Shown piece after piece: positions 28,842 through 38,948 of a DNA stretch of 64,000 bases. This stretch comes from a virus. Lineage: Duplodnaviria; Heunggongvirae; Uroviricota; Caudoviricetes. The stretch lies in IMG/VR virus record IMGVR_UViG_3300047393_000100; one strand, given 5' to 3'. The notes under the pieces are model-generated. The model made no database searches. It was not told where the DNA came from and worked only from the letters and a program-made list of their open reading frames with translations. Numbering within the stretch: position 1 is the stretch's first letter; each line of letters opens with the position of its first letter. The position numbers and the translations under genes were made by a program.

Positions 28842-30239
28842 ATGGCAAATTTAATCAATGAATCAGAAATCAGAGCAACTTGGTCTCCGATTATCGAATC
28901 TGCGACAGGAATCAACGACGCTAGCAAATTAGCTTGGATGTCAGAATACTGTCACAATCACAAATTATACGAAGATGCATCTACAATGTCTTTAGGCGCT
29001 GCAGGAAATATCTTTGGTATGGGTGCAACTGTTTTACCATCGTCAATGGTAAATGGTGTTTCTACCGTAAATGGTTCTGGAGATAAATCTCCTTCATTAT
29101 TACCATTAGCAATGCAAGTTGCTGCTCAAACTGTAGGTTTAGACTTAGTACCTGTAGTTCCTATGGCTGGACCAATGGGATTATTATCTTATTTAGACTT
29201 CGTTTATGAAGGTGGTAAAGTAGCTGGTTCTACTTCTCCAACTTACATCAAAACATCTTTAGCTGTTGATGCTGCTGATACTTTAGTAGGTACTTCAAGA
29301 ATTGATGGTAAAAACATCGTAAAAGTAAGTGCTGCTACTGAAGCTGCTGGTGTTATTACTGACACTTATGCTGATGCAGAATTAGTAAAAGCTTTAGAAG
29401 ATCACATTAAAGGATTTGTAGCTGCTGATAACGCAGGTAACCCATTCTCAAGAGAAGCAGGTGAACAAACTCCAGACAAAGTTATGGGATTATCTTTATT
29501 CTCTAAATCAGTTTCAGCTGAAACTTTCCAAGTTGCTGCTGCTGTAACAAGAGAACAAGTTCAAGATTTAAAACAATTCGGAGTTGATGCTGTTGCTCAA
29601 GTTGAAGCTGTTTTAACTAATGAATTAACTCAATCTATTAACCAATACATCTTAGGAAGATTAAGAACATTAGGTACAACTAATATTACTGCTGCATTCG
29701 GTGCTGCAACTGATTTCGATTTAGAATTAGATGCTGCTGCATCATTAACAGGTGGTGAAACTTTACCATCAGTTCACAGAAGAATTCTTTCTCAAGTATT
29801 AGCGGCTGCTAACTTAATCGCTAACAGAGGTAGAAGAGGTGCTGGTAACTTCGCGGTAGTTGGACCACAAACTGCAACTGTATTACAGTCAATCGCCGGA
29901 TTCATTGCTAACCCAATGGCTAACACATTCGCACAAGCTGCTGGAGCTATCTATCCATTAGGATCGGTTGCAGGTATTAATATCTACACTGACCCAACAA
30001 TGAACTGGGGAGATTATTCAGTAACTGTAGGTAGAAAAGGTGACGGAAACGGACCAGGTGTTGTATTCATGCCTTACTTAATGGCTGAATCAGTTCAAAC
30101 AATTGCGGAAGGAACTATGGCTCCTAAAGTTGCTGTTAAATCTAGATTCGCTTTAGTTGATGCAGGATTCCACCCAGAAACTCAATATGTTACATTCGAA
30201 GTAACTGGTACTTGGACTAACTTATTAACATTAGCTTAA
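28842..30239 (+). CDS. gp23: Major capsid protein (gp23-like)
   Basis: DLVPVVPMAGPMG, NELTQSINQ, IANRGRRGAGNF, VFMPY, PKVAVKSRFAL; highly biased codon usage. Confidence 0.95.
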   Translation: MANLINESEIRATWSPIIESATGINDASKLAWMSEYCHNHKLYEDASTMSLGAAGNIFGMGATVLPSSMVNGVSTVNGSGDKSPSLLPLAMQVAAQTVGLDLVPVVPMAGPMGLLSYLDFVYEGGKVAGSTSPTYIKTSLAVDAADTLVGTSRIDGKNIVKVSAATEAAGVITDTYADAELVKALEDHIKGFVAADNAGNPFSREAGEQTPDKVMGLSLFSKSVSAETFQVAAAVTREQVQDLKQFGVDAVAQVEAVLTNELTQSINQYILGRLRTLGTTNITAAFGAATDFDLELDAAASLTGGETLPSVHRRILSQVLAAANLIANRGRRGAGNFAVVGPQTATVLQSIAGFIANPMANTFAQAAGAIYPLGSVAGINIYTDPTMNWGDYSVTVGRKGDGNGPGVVFMPYLMAESVQTIAEGTMAPKVAVKSRFALVDAGFHPETQYVTFEVTGTWTNLLTLA

Positions 30240-30274
30240 TATTTAGATTTAGAACTAACATTCTAATTATATTT

Positions 30275-30305
30275 AAGGGAACTGAGAAATCAGTTCCCTT
30301 TTTTT
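30275..30305 (+). terminator. Rho-independent terminator after the capsid gene
   Basis: AAGGGAACTGA-GAAA-TCAGTTCCCTT then T tract. Confidence 0.92.
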
Positions 30306-30307
30306 GT

Positions 30308-30316
30308 GATATATAA
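30308..30316 (+). promoter_or_regulatory. Putative late promoter GATATATAA
   Basis: Recurrent motif. Confidence 0.6.
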
Positions 30317-30339
30317 ATATATAAAATAAATAAATAATT

Positions 30340-31437
30340 ATGAAAAAAACACAATCATTTAGCGAATGGAATTCATCATTTAATGAAAATGATGTAATAT
30401 CAATAGATACCACAACCGTGGCTGAACCAACCACTAACGTTGAAATTTCAAAAGACGTGGATACTATTATTAATTCATTAGAAACGCTAGCAAACGAATT
30501 ATCTGAGGATTTAAATTCTATGCAACTTGATGAAGCAGAGGCTATTGATTTTATAAAATCGTGGATTATAAGTATTAAGGCAGCAAATGCACAAAGAAAG
30601 GTTAATAAAATAAAAATGAATTCAGTAGATCTTGAATTTGCAGCAAAAAAAGCAGAAGGAGATAAAAAACAAGCGCTTGAGGACAAGAGTGATTTAGTAA
30701 AGGATCAAGCATCTGAATTACAGAAAATGGTAAATGACAGATTTTCAGGTAAAGGCGCACTAGTAGATAGTAAATTGGCAAAAATAAAAATTGAAGGTCA
30801 AATTGCAATTATTAAAAGAACATCTGGAATGGAAGATGATCCTGCTAGAAAATCCGATCTTAAAACAAAGATGAAAGAGCTTGCAGATAAATATAGAGAA
30901 GAAGAAGCAGCTATTGCCAAATTAGAAGATGATAATAAAGATGCGATAGAAGCTGAAAAGGAAAAAATTAAACAGCAATCACCAAAAGATTCAACTGAAG
31001 AAAAACCAGCTGAAGAAAAACCAGCTGAAGAAAAACCAGCTACAGAAACTCCAACCGATACAGAATCCCCTGAAGTTAAAAAAATCAAAGATACAATTAA
31101 ATCATATCAAGACGGTATTGACGCCCTAGAGTCAAAGGATAAAAAATCAAAGGAAGATTTAGATAAAATAGATATGTTAAAGAACGCTATTGCATCTGAA
31201 CAAAAAAGATTAGAAAAATCTGAAAGTCCTAAAGAATCATTATTTATTAATGCATTTGAAAATAATCTATATGAATTAGCATCAGATATATGGCAAAAAC
31301 AAGATTGGCAATTCGATAATAACTCTGCGTTATATTTGAAATATAGTAACATTATTAAATTAGAAGAATACAATACAAAATTAAATAAAGAATATTCTAA
31401 TCTTTCAATTAAAGAAAGATTTTCTAAATTAGTCTAG
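30340..31437 (+). CDS. Putative internal head protein, coiled coil
   Basis: MKKTQSFSEW...FNE; QLDEAE site; EEKPA x3. Confidence 0.6.
   Translation: MKKTQSFSEWNSSFNENDVISIDTTTVAEPTTNVEISKDVDTIINSLETLANELSEDLNSMQLDEAEAIDFIKSWIISIKAANAQRKVNKIKMNSVDLEFAAKKAEGDKKQALEDKSDLVKDQASELQKMVNDRFSGKGALVDSKLAKIKIEGQIAIIKRTSGMEDDPARKSDLKTKMKELADKYREEEAAIAKLEDDNKDAIEAEKEKIKQQSPKDSTEEKPAEEKPAEEKPATETPTDTESPEVKKIKDTIKSYQDGIDALESKDKKSKEDLDKIDMLKNAIASEQKRLEKSESPKESLFINAFENNLYELASDIWQKQDWQFDNNSALYLKYSNIIKLEEYNTKLNKEYSNLSIKERFSKLV
30997..31041 (+). repeat. 15-bp tandem repeat x3 (EEKPA)
   Basis: GAAGAAAAACCAGCT three times. Confidence 0.95.
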
Positions 31438-31927
31438 AATTTCTTTTAGCTAAATCTAAGAACTCCTTTTGTTGATTCAATAGGAGTTTTTTTATGTGTT
31501 CTTGAAAAGCAATCGATGATTTTATAATCCTGTTATCTACCATATCTCCACTGAGTGTATCATGATACCTTGGATGTACGAAGTTCTCTACATTAAAATT
31601 ATTAATATTAGAACGAATGAGTTCACCTGAGAACGCGCAAGTCCAATCTATTGTATCATAATTTTCATGTAATTCCTCCATTTTCATGAAATCCCCAGTA
31701 GACCAATCATAATAATATCTATTTTTAGATGTTTGATTTTTATATCTACTAACTTCAAATAGAATTTGTAAAAACTGATCATCTTGCGCTCTTTCTTTTA
31801 TTAATGGATTTTCTAATAATAATCTGCGCTGTTGTCGAGAAAGACCTTCGTAACATACACCATATCTATTTCTTGGATTTGGTCCACCTGTTCTCTTAAT
31901 ATTCGGATATTTGTTATTGTATGCCAT
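31424..31927 (-). CDS. Hypothetical protein; the only convincing minus-strand gene
   Basis: Fills an otherwise empty 500-bp gap; convergent with the upstream gene, divergent from the clamp loader. Confidence 0.75.
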   Translation of the reverse strand: MAYNNKYPNIKRTGGPNPRNRYGVCYEGLSRQQRRLLLENPLIKERAQDDQFLQILFEVSRYKNQTSKNRYYYDWSTGDFMKMEELHENYDTIDWTCAFSGELIRSNINNFNVENFVHPRYHDTLSGDMVDNRIIKSSIAFQEHIKKLLLNQQKEFLDLAKRNSRLI

Positions 31928-31939
31928 GTTATATTTATT

Positions 31940-31968
31940 TGAAACTTATTATATGTATTTTATATAAT
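31940..31968 (+). promoter_or_regulatory. Putative middle promoter TGAAAC-N17-TATAAT
   Basis: Exact consensus upstream of the clamp loader. Confidence 0.7.
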
Positions 31969-31993
31969 ATCTATAAAACTAAGCAAAAAATAT

Positions 31994-32944
31994 ATGATTC
32001 ACAAGTTATTTACTGAGAAATACAGACCTAAAAATCTTGAAGATTTAATTTTACCAGAACGTGTAATGTCAAAATTCAAAGATGGACTAACGCAAAACAT
32101 GTTATTGGCAGGAAGTCCTGGAACGGGTAAAACATCAACAGCAAAGGCAATTGTTCAACAATTTGAATTACCATATCTTTATATTAATGCATCGACAGAT
32201 ACTTCGGTTGATGTTATTCGTACGAGAATTACAGACTTTTGTTCTACTATGTCAATTTTGGATGATAGAGGAAAATTCAAAGTAGTTATATTAGATGAGG
32301 TCGATGGTGTATCTGATCAATTTTTCAAAGCACTGCGTGCAACTATGGAAACATTTGCTGCAAACTCAAGATTTATTGCAACCTGTAATTATGTAAATAA
32401 AATTCCAGATCCAATTCTTTCTCGTTTTGAAGTAATTAACTTTGATTTTGATAAAGCCGAAGAAAGTGAATTAACAAAGAAATATATTAGAAGAGTATAC
32501 GATATTTGTGGAAAAGAAGAAATGACAATTGAAAAACCAGCATTGGTAGAATTTGTTAAAAGAAACTTTCCAGATTTAAGAAGTACTCTTAATAAATTGC
32601 AAGGTTATAAAACACAAGGAACTACAAATATTACTGAAGCTGATGTAAAGAAATTTAACTCAGTTTATAAAGATGTATTTGAATTAATCTTTAATGAAAT
32701 GGATCCAATTGCAAATTATAAACATTTGGTAGGTGAATATTCAAATAGAGTTGATGATGTTTTACAAACACTAGGAGAAGAATTTATCGAATACATTCAA
32801 ACTGAAAAACCACAAAATACACGTCATGTTCCGCAGATTGCTATTTGTGTTGCAGAACATCAAGCACAAAGAACTCTTGTGATAGATCCAGTCATCACAT
32901 TATTATCATGTGTTTATAAAATACAGGAAATTGTAAGAGGTTAA
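31994..32944 (+). CDS. gp44: Clamp loader AAA+ subunit (gp44 / RFC-like)
   Basis: EKYRP, GSPGTGKTS, LDEVD, SRF, FPDLR. Confidence 0.92.
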   Translation: MIHKLFTEKYRPKNLEDLILPERVMSKFKDGLTQNMLLAGSPGTGKTSTAKAIVQQFELPYLYINASTDTSVDVIRTRITDFCSTMSILDDRGKFKVVILDEVDGVSDQFFKALRATMETFAANSRFIATCNYVNKIPDPILSRFEVINFDFDKAEESELTKKYIRRVYDICGKEEMTIEKPALVEFVKRNFPDLRSTLNKLQGYKTQGTTNITEADVKKFNSVYKDVFELIFNEMDPIANYKHLVGEYSNRVDDVLQTLGEEFIEYIQTEKPQNTRHVPQIAICVAEHQAQRTLVIDPVITLLSCVYKIQEIVRG

Positions 32945-32979
32945 AAAAATAAATTAATAAATATTTTCACGGGTCACTT

Positions 32980-32999
32980 GAATTGATTATATTTACATA
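32980..32999 (+). promoter_or_regulatory. Putative host-sigma (early) promoter, TAnnTTTG-like
   Basis: GAATTGATTATATTTACATA, identical 20-mer at 49555. Confidence 0.6.
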
Positions 33000-33015
33000 A
33001 ATAAAAAGATACAAT

Positions 33016-34248
33016 ATGAAATTAGGTAAGCATACTTTAATAATTGATGGAAACTACTTTGTACATAGTAGATTATTCGTCTTACCACGTCCTAAAGGCG
33101 AACAATTACTAGGTGATAGAGATGGTCAAGAGCAATTCATGCGAAAGTTATGTATTGATTTTGCAAGTGAAGTTCGTAAGATGACTCCATTTGTCGATCA
33201 AATTGTAGTTGCAGTAGATTCAAAATCATGGCGTAAAGATTTATTTCCGGCAGCAGAATATAAAGGAACCAGAGTAGCTGATAGTTCTGTTAATTGGGAA
33301 AATGTATTTAATGTATATACTGAATTTCAAGATGTTCTTGCAAAATATGGTGTTATAATTCATAAAGTACCAGGAGCTGAAGCCGATGATATTCTGTTTG
33401 GTTGGTCTACTCAATTAAATAATGAAGGTAAGAATTGTATTGTGTGGACAGGTGACCGAGATTTAATTCAATTAGTTAATTATAATAGTGCAACAGATGC
33501 ATATACCCTATGGTACTATAATTCTCAAAGAAAATTATTAGCATTTGAAGGATTTCAAGATCTTTTAGAAGGTACTAACGATGTTTTGATAAGTAATGAT
33601 GATCTATTATTTAATATGTCTTCAAGCGAAGTCATGGGAGATAAACTTAAATCAGATGTTGTATCATGGATTTCTAAGAATATGGTTAAAATTGAAGAAA
33701 TTAATTGTGATGATTTTATTTTTTCTAAAATATTACAAGGTGATAAGAGTGACAATATAAGATCAGTTGTTACATGGACTAAAAGAACATCAACAGGTTC
33801 TATTCGTAACTACTCAATCACTGAAAAGCATGCCACACAAATATTAGAAAAGTACAGAGAAACTGAAGGTAATTTTCATATCGATCATTTCTTTTCATCA
33901 AATCAAGTAGATATTATTGTAAACTTAATTCATGAAGTTGTAGGTAAATCTACGCCTGAGGAAATTCGAGTTGGATTTAATCAAAATTTAGATTTAATGT
34001 TACTGCATTTTAATACAATTCCCGCTGCAATTCAAAAATGTATTTATAAAGAAATAGATAATGATTTTAACGTATGTACACAATTAATTAATCTTGTACA
34101 AATGGAAAGAATTCTAGAAGGAACAACATGGAATACATCAACCAAAAAGGGTAATAGTGCACCAAAATCATACGACGTTTTTTCTACATTAAATCTAGAT
34201 GAAATTACAAAAGAACCTGCAACTAAAAAACTAAACACATTATTTTAA
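33016..34248 (+). CDS. rnh: T4 RNase H-like 5'-3' exonuclease (FEN/PIN fold)
   Basis: IIDGN, EADD, TGDRDL.QL, GDKSDNI. Confidence 0.85.
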   Translation: MKLGKHTLIIDGNYFVHSRLFVLPRPKGEQLLGDRDGQEQFMRKLCIDFASEVRKMTPFVDQIVVAVDSKSWRKDLFPAAEYKGTRVADSSVNWENVFNVYTEFQDVLAKYGVIIHKVPGAEADDILFGWSTQLNNEGKNCIVWTGDRDLIQLVNYNSATDAYTLWYYNSQRKLLAFEGFQDLLEGTNDVLISNDDLLFNMSSSEVMGDKLKSDVVSWISKNMVKIEEINCDDFIFSKILQGDKSDNIRSVVTWTKRTSTGSIRNYSITEKHATQILEKYRETEGNFHIDHFFSSNQVDIIVNLIHEVVGKSTPEEIRVGFNQNLDLMLLHFNTIPAAIQKCIYKEIDNDFNVCTQLINLVQMERILEGTTWNTSTKKGNSAPKSYDVFSTLNLDEITKEPATKKLNTLF

Positions 34249-34280
34249 TAAACAAACATTAAATAATCCATATAATTAAT

Positions 34281-34709
34281 ATGCTAGACGAAACAAAATT
34301 ATTTGACTTTATTAAAATACTATTTACAAAACCAAACGATTACAAAAATATTACAAATCATAATAAGAGAAGACATCATTTTATGATTAACAGATTTTTT
34401 GCAATTAAGTTTCCTGCAAATGCACAATTATTTAATAAGAATGGGATTAATCCTATTGCAGTTATAGATAGTTGGGCTCTTGTTGGATCTAGATTTAAAG
34501 GAGTTCCTGGTTGGATTTATACAAAAACAAAAAAACCAATAGCAACACCTTCTTCGAAAAGCAAATATATACCATCAGAAACCGCAATTCAATTCTTTAT
34601 GGAAAGGAATGAAATCGGTAAGAGAGAATTTAAAGAACTTGAAAAATTTGCTAAAGAAGACTTATACGCCAATTTAAAAAGGCTAGAAGATTCAATGCAA
34701 GTTTACTAA
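34281..34709 (+). CDS. Possible clamp-loader small subunit (gp62-like)
   Basis: LFDF...K, FMINR, W..K pattern reminiscent of gp62; weak. Confidence 0.4.
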   Translation: MLDETKLFDFIKILFTKPNDYKNITNHNKRRHHFMINRFFAIKFPANAQLFNKNGINPIAVIDSWALVGSRFKGVPGWIYTKTKKPIATPSSKSKYIPSETAIQFFMERNEIGKREFKELEKFAKEDLYANLKRLEDSMQVY

Positions 34710-34721
34710 TAACGTAAATTT

Positions 34722-35378
34722 ATGCAAACATACGATTTAAGTCTTGTGCCAACATCTGTCGATGTTACACTATACAAATATAACTATATCGATAATAGAT
34801 TATGGACTCAAATACATAATGAAACTGATTTTATACAAAATCCAGATGGTTCTATAATAACGTCTACTCAACAGATTAGCGCTATATTAGATAGACATTA
34901 CATCGATATTATAAATAAAATCAAAACAGTAGGTTCAGAGGTTATTTATAAGGAAATAAATAGTGTTTATTTTCTTTATCAAATGGTTTTAGAAATGGAG
35001 AATCTCCAATATATTAAGCTTAATCTAAATACAGATAAAAGTTATAATAGACTTATCGAGTTAGATGGAAGTAAAATATTGCAATTCGGATTTAAGGTTC
35101 TTACTGCAACTATACGACTTTCTGATATTTATGACGATGATGAATTAGAATCAGTTAATGCTGTTTTAAATAAAATTGGAATACTTAAGAACAATCAAAA
35201 CTATACAAGAGTATTTGCAAAAGATTTAGCAGAAGCGATAGATTCACACCTTATTCTATTAGAAGAAGATTCAGAAAATGAACTAGATGAAGACGCAATT
35301 ATCACAGATATTTTAGATATTTTAGAAGCCAAATTAGAACCTGAAAATTCATTAATACTTTTGATAACAGACTACTAG
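34722..35378 (+). CDS. Hypothetical protein
   Basis: Long ORF, TAG stop. Confidence 0.7.
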   Translation: MQTYDLSLVPTSVDVTLYKYNYIDNRLWTQIHNETDFIQNPDGSIITSTQQISAILDRHYIDIINKIKTVGSEVIYKEINSVYFLYQMVLEMENLQYIKLNLNTDKSYNRLIELDGSKILQFGFKVLTATIRLSDIYDDDELESVNAVLNKIGILKNNQNYTRVFAKDLAEAIDSHLILLEEDSENELDEDAIITDILDILEAKLEPENSLILLITDY

Positions 35379-35416
35379 ATTTTTCGAATATATAGTATAG
35401 AAAAATAACTATATTA

Positions 35417-35824
35417 ATGAAATTTTTTAGTAACTTTGGAAAAAGAGAAGGTCTAGTATACATCATAGTATTGCTATGGGTTGTAATGGGACTTTTAGGA
35501 GCATATAAAAACGCAAGCTTTTCAGATCTTGCTATTTATTTTGGATCTTTAACCGCATATGCTGCAACGTATATTTGGGCAGAAGCAAAAAGGCCAAGCA
35601 CGAAATCAAGAATATTTGCAAAAGGTCCAAATTCTCGAAGAGAAGTAATGATATATGTTGTCGTTATTATTTGGGCAATTGCAGGTGCCGGTGCCATTTG
35701 GTTTAAAGCAAATATCGGAGAACTTGCACTTTACTTTGTTTCATTAACTGGATTTGTTGCATCTTGGATTGCTGGAGAAGTTTATACTCCACAGGACGAG
35801 GTTAATAAAAATAAAGAGGAGTAA
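35417..35824 (+). CDS. Four-TM membrane protein built from a duplicated two-TM unit (possible holin)
   Basis: RE..Y..V..W...G......A...LA.YF.SLT...A..I..E occurs twice. Confidence 0.65.
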   Translation: MKFFSNFGKREGLVYIIVLLWVVMGLLGAYKNASFSDLAIYFGSLTAYAATYIWAEAKRPSTKSRIFAKGPNSRREVMIYVVVIIWAIAGAGAIWFKANIGELALYFVSLTGFVASWIAGEVYTPQDEVNKNKEE

Positions 35825-37785
35825 TGATAACAGGATATACTGCAAATGCATACGGCGATTACTTAATAGCGTCGTTACAGGAACCAATTCTTAATATACC
35901 AAATATATTAGATTGGGAAATTATAGTAGGTCTTAAAACACCATCAATGACAGGTACAATATCATGTGTGGCTGGAAGCAATTTTATACATGGTAATTTA
36001 ACACAATTTAAGCAATCTTTTAATACAGGAGATTCTATAATTATTGGAAATATCGCATATGAAATTTTTGAAGTTGTTTCATCTAATGAAATAACTCTAA
36101 CTGAACAATTTCCAATAACAGTAAACGCAGTTCAATACTATAAAGAACCTGACACCATTAATTTTTTTGAATATGAATATAGATGGTCTCAGACAAACAC
36201 TATATTTTCTCAATTTAATTCATTAAACCGTGGAATTGCGTATGGTGATTTAAAGGCAATCAACTTCGATATCACAAAACCAGTTTGGATAGATGTAAAA
36301 CTAGAAGTTGCCGGTTTATCGCCAGGAAATTCACTTACACTTCTTTCAGTAGATTATATTTATGATGCAGGAGAAGGTCAAGTTATATCTTGCCCGAATT
36401 TTTGTGTTGAATGTACTGATCCATTTGCAATGAATGGTTGCGCTAATATTCAAGTTTCATGCACTGAAAATACATTTAATCCATACTCTCTTACCAAATC
36501 AGTAAGTATTTATAAACAACTTCAAAATATTGTAACCGGAATCTTTGGACATGAAGTTAATTATTTTAGAACAGAGCCCGACACACGAACTAGCGATGTT
36601 ATCTTAATGGAATATTCACTATATAATGTAGTGGATAATCAAACGGTTAAGGTATTAGTACCCGATAATGATTTTCCAACTGAGGCAAATACATACGATA
36701 TATTTGGAATAGAGCTTGCAGATTTTGAAGTTCATATAACTGCAGCAGAATTCGAATCTAGATTTGGTCTTGGAAAAACTCCAAGAAATAAAGATTATAT
36801 GTTTATTCCAATAATTAATAGAATGTACGAGATTAGTTCAGTTTCTTTGGCTGATGAATTTAATAGATCTCACTCATATTGGAGAGTTAAACTTGTTAAA
36901 TATCAAGATAGAAGTGATGTTATCAAAGGCCAATTCGATATCGCAACCGATGTATTAGTTACCGGAATTGAAGAAATATTTGGAGAAAAGATTCAAGAAG
37001 AATATACTAAAAATTTAAAAGAAGATCAATTCCAAACAATATCTTCCTCATATAGAGATGGTATTAGAGAATTTGTCAATAGAAGATTAAAAATCATAGA
37101 CTATGATCTAAAGAATAGATGGACAGTTATTAGTAAAAATTATTATGACTTTGCAGGAATGACATTAAATGATATCGCATTATTTTATGGCGCACAGTCT
37201 AAGGTTGAATTAAATAAAAATGCAGCGTTTACTGGATGGTTTTCTCCACAATTTGCTTTAACATCAAATACAGATTATTATTTGTTTGGAGACAATGATG
37301 CAATAAACGGATTTAAATTAACATTAAGTAATACTGAATTTAAAGTAAGTGTACATGGTGTAACAAATACATTTACACATGGAATCACATTAAATAAAAA
37401 TAAATGGTATGCATATATTGTAAATATTAATAATGCATTTATGCAATTGGAGATTAATATTTATAGCCTAGATCCTAATAGTAATCTTATTACACAGGTA
37501 GGCGGTTCTAATGTAATGCCTCAATTATCTTCAAACAATCTAGTTCCAGAGTTTCATGAAAATAAATTGATGCCATACCAGATTGCATGGGAATCATCAT
37601 CGAACTATACACTAAGAGCAAATGACATGTTTATGACAAATATTAGGGTATTTAATACTCCAATAGAATTTGAACAACATTCAAATGTATTAAACCAATA
37701 CGTTGTTAGAGATAACCAATTAGCAATCATAATAGATAATGCAATTCCATCACTAGGCTTCCAAAAATATGCCAACGCAAGGTAA
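35824..37785 (+). CDS. gp14: Neck protein (gp14-like core) with N-terminal extension and C-terminal LamG/ConA-like domain
   Basis: FGHEVNYF, D.ILMEY, FEVHI...EF, P.NKDY.F.P, YEI..V, YWRVKL.KY; C-terminal FTGWF, NKWY, TNIRVFN. Confidence 0.6.
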   Translation: MITGYTANAYGDYLIASLQEPILNIPNILDWEIIVGLKTPSMTGTISCVAGSNFIHGNLTQFKQSFNTGDSIIIGNIAYEIFEVVSSNEITLTEQFPITVNAVQYYKEPDTINFFEYEYRWSQTNTIFSQFNSLNRGIAYGDLKAINFDITKPVWIDVKLEVAGLSPGNSLTLLSVDYIYDAGEGQVISCPNFCVECTDPFAMNGCANIQVSCTENTFNPYSLTKSVSIYKQLQNIVTGIFGHEVNYFRTEPDTRTSDVILMEYSLYNVVDNQTVKVLVPDNDFPTEANTYDIFGIELADFEVHITAAEFESRFGLGKTPRNKDYMFIPIINRMYEISSVSLADEFNRSHSYWRVKLVKYQDRSDVIKGQFDIATDVLVTGIEEIFGEKIQEEYTKNLKEDQFQTISSSYRDGIREFVNRRLKIIDYDLKNRWTVISKNYYDFAGMTLNDIALFYGAQSKVELNKNAAFTGWFSPQFALTSNTDYYLFGDNDAINGFKLTLSNTEFKVSVHGVTNTFTHGITLNKNKWYAYIVNINNAFMQLEINIYSLDPNSNLITQVGGSNVMPQLSSNNLVPEFHENKLMPYQIAWESSSNYTLRANDMFMTNIRVFNTPIEFEQHSNVLNQYVVRDNQLAIIIDNAIPSLGFQKYANAR

Positions 37786-37830
37786 CACTAGAAATTTAGA
37801 TAAATATTATATCTAATAAAACTAGTAAAT

Positions 37831-38478
37831 ATGTCAGAAAAGAAAAGTATAAAAGAACAAGCCGAAGATATAAGAAAGGATCTTGATGAATTAATCGGTA
37901 GCGATAATTCAAAGGAAATTTCTGATGTTATTGAAACAGATCCACAACTTCCTGCAAAAAGACAAGCATCTCATATATCTTTTAGTGAACTTAAGTTAAA
38001 TTCAACTAAAAAAGCAAAGAAAACTATTTCAGCCTTAATGAAATTTTATCTTGATGAAGATATTATAGAAAGAGATGAGTATATTCAAGCTAAAAAGAAG
38101 ATGGACGAAATGACAATGAGTTCATTGGTGTATCAATTGCAGGCAGGAGAACGTGCTCTAACGACTTTGTTAGAAGCAATAGAAGATGGCGAAGTTGCTC
38201 CAAGAATGTTTGAAGTTCTTGCAACCCTACAAAAATCAATGTTAGATATTATTAAATCCCAAACAATGTATCTAATGGCAACAGAAGAAAGCGCCAAAAG
38301 AATAGCCAGAGATATTGAAATCTATCGTAAAAAAGATGATATTAGAGAAATAGAATCTTTAGGTGGAGATTCATCTTCTGGAAATATGCAGCGAGGAACC
38401 AAAGACCTAATGCGAATGATCAGAGAAGGAATTGATAGCGCAGAACAAGACATCGAAGATGTAGAAATAACAGAATAA
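37831..38478 (+). CDS. gp16: Terminase small subunit (gp16-like)
   Basis: PRMFEVLATL matches gp16 PR.MEVFATL; position before the large subunit. Confidence 0.6.
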   Translation: MSEKKSIKEQAEDIRKDLDELIGSDNSKEISDVIETDPQLPAKRQASHISFSELKLNSTKKAKKTISALMKFYLDEDIIERDEYIQAKKKMDEMTMSSLVYQLQAGERALTTLLEAIEDGEVAPRMFEVLATLQKSMLDIIKSQTMYLMATEESAKRIARDIEIYRKKDDIREIESLGGDSSSGNMQRGTKDLMRMIREGIDSAEQDIEDVEITE

Positions 38479-38482
38479 TATA

Positions 38483-38947
38483 ATGAAACACATTAAGTTA
38501 TATGAAGAATTTATATTTGAAATAGGGGATTCATCCTCTAAAAAATACAAATATAAAATCAATGGTAAATTAGATGATATGTCCGAGTTCAATAAAAGAC
38601 TTTATGCTACATTTAAAACCGAATCAAAACTAGAATACACATTAACGGTTATAAACATAAACTCTTTTTTAGATGTTGATTTTACAGCAGACGGAGAATA
38701 TGAGGAAACTAATAAAGGAGAAATGTTTAAAATCATGGCAACTATTGTCGAAGTTGTTGAAAATATCATCATCAATAATAAAGATATTAGAGGAATACGA
38801 TATGAACCAAAATCAAAGGGTAAAGATTCCGGAGAAAGTAGAGATAGATTATATCGAATTTTCTTAGAAAAATCTATTAAAAGACTTGGAAAATCTATTA
38901 ATTTTATACAGCAAGGTGGAACGGTTTTTGGAATAATAAAAGAATAA
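38483..38947 (+). CDS. Putative internal head protein inserted between the terminase genes
   Basis: MKHIKLYEEFIFE. Confidence 0.6.
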   Translation: MKHIKLYEEFIFEIGDSSSKKYKYKINGKLDDMSEFNKRLYATFKTESKLEYTLTVININSFLDVDFTADGEYEETNKGEMFKIMATIVEVVENIIINNKDIRGIRYEPKSKGKDSGESRDRLYRIFLEKSIKRLGKSINFIQQGGTVFGIIKE

Positions 38948-38948
38948 T

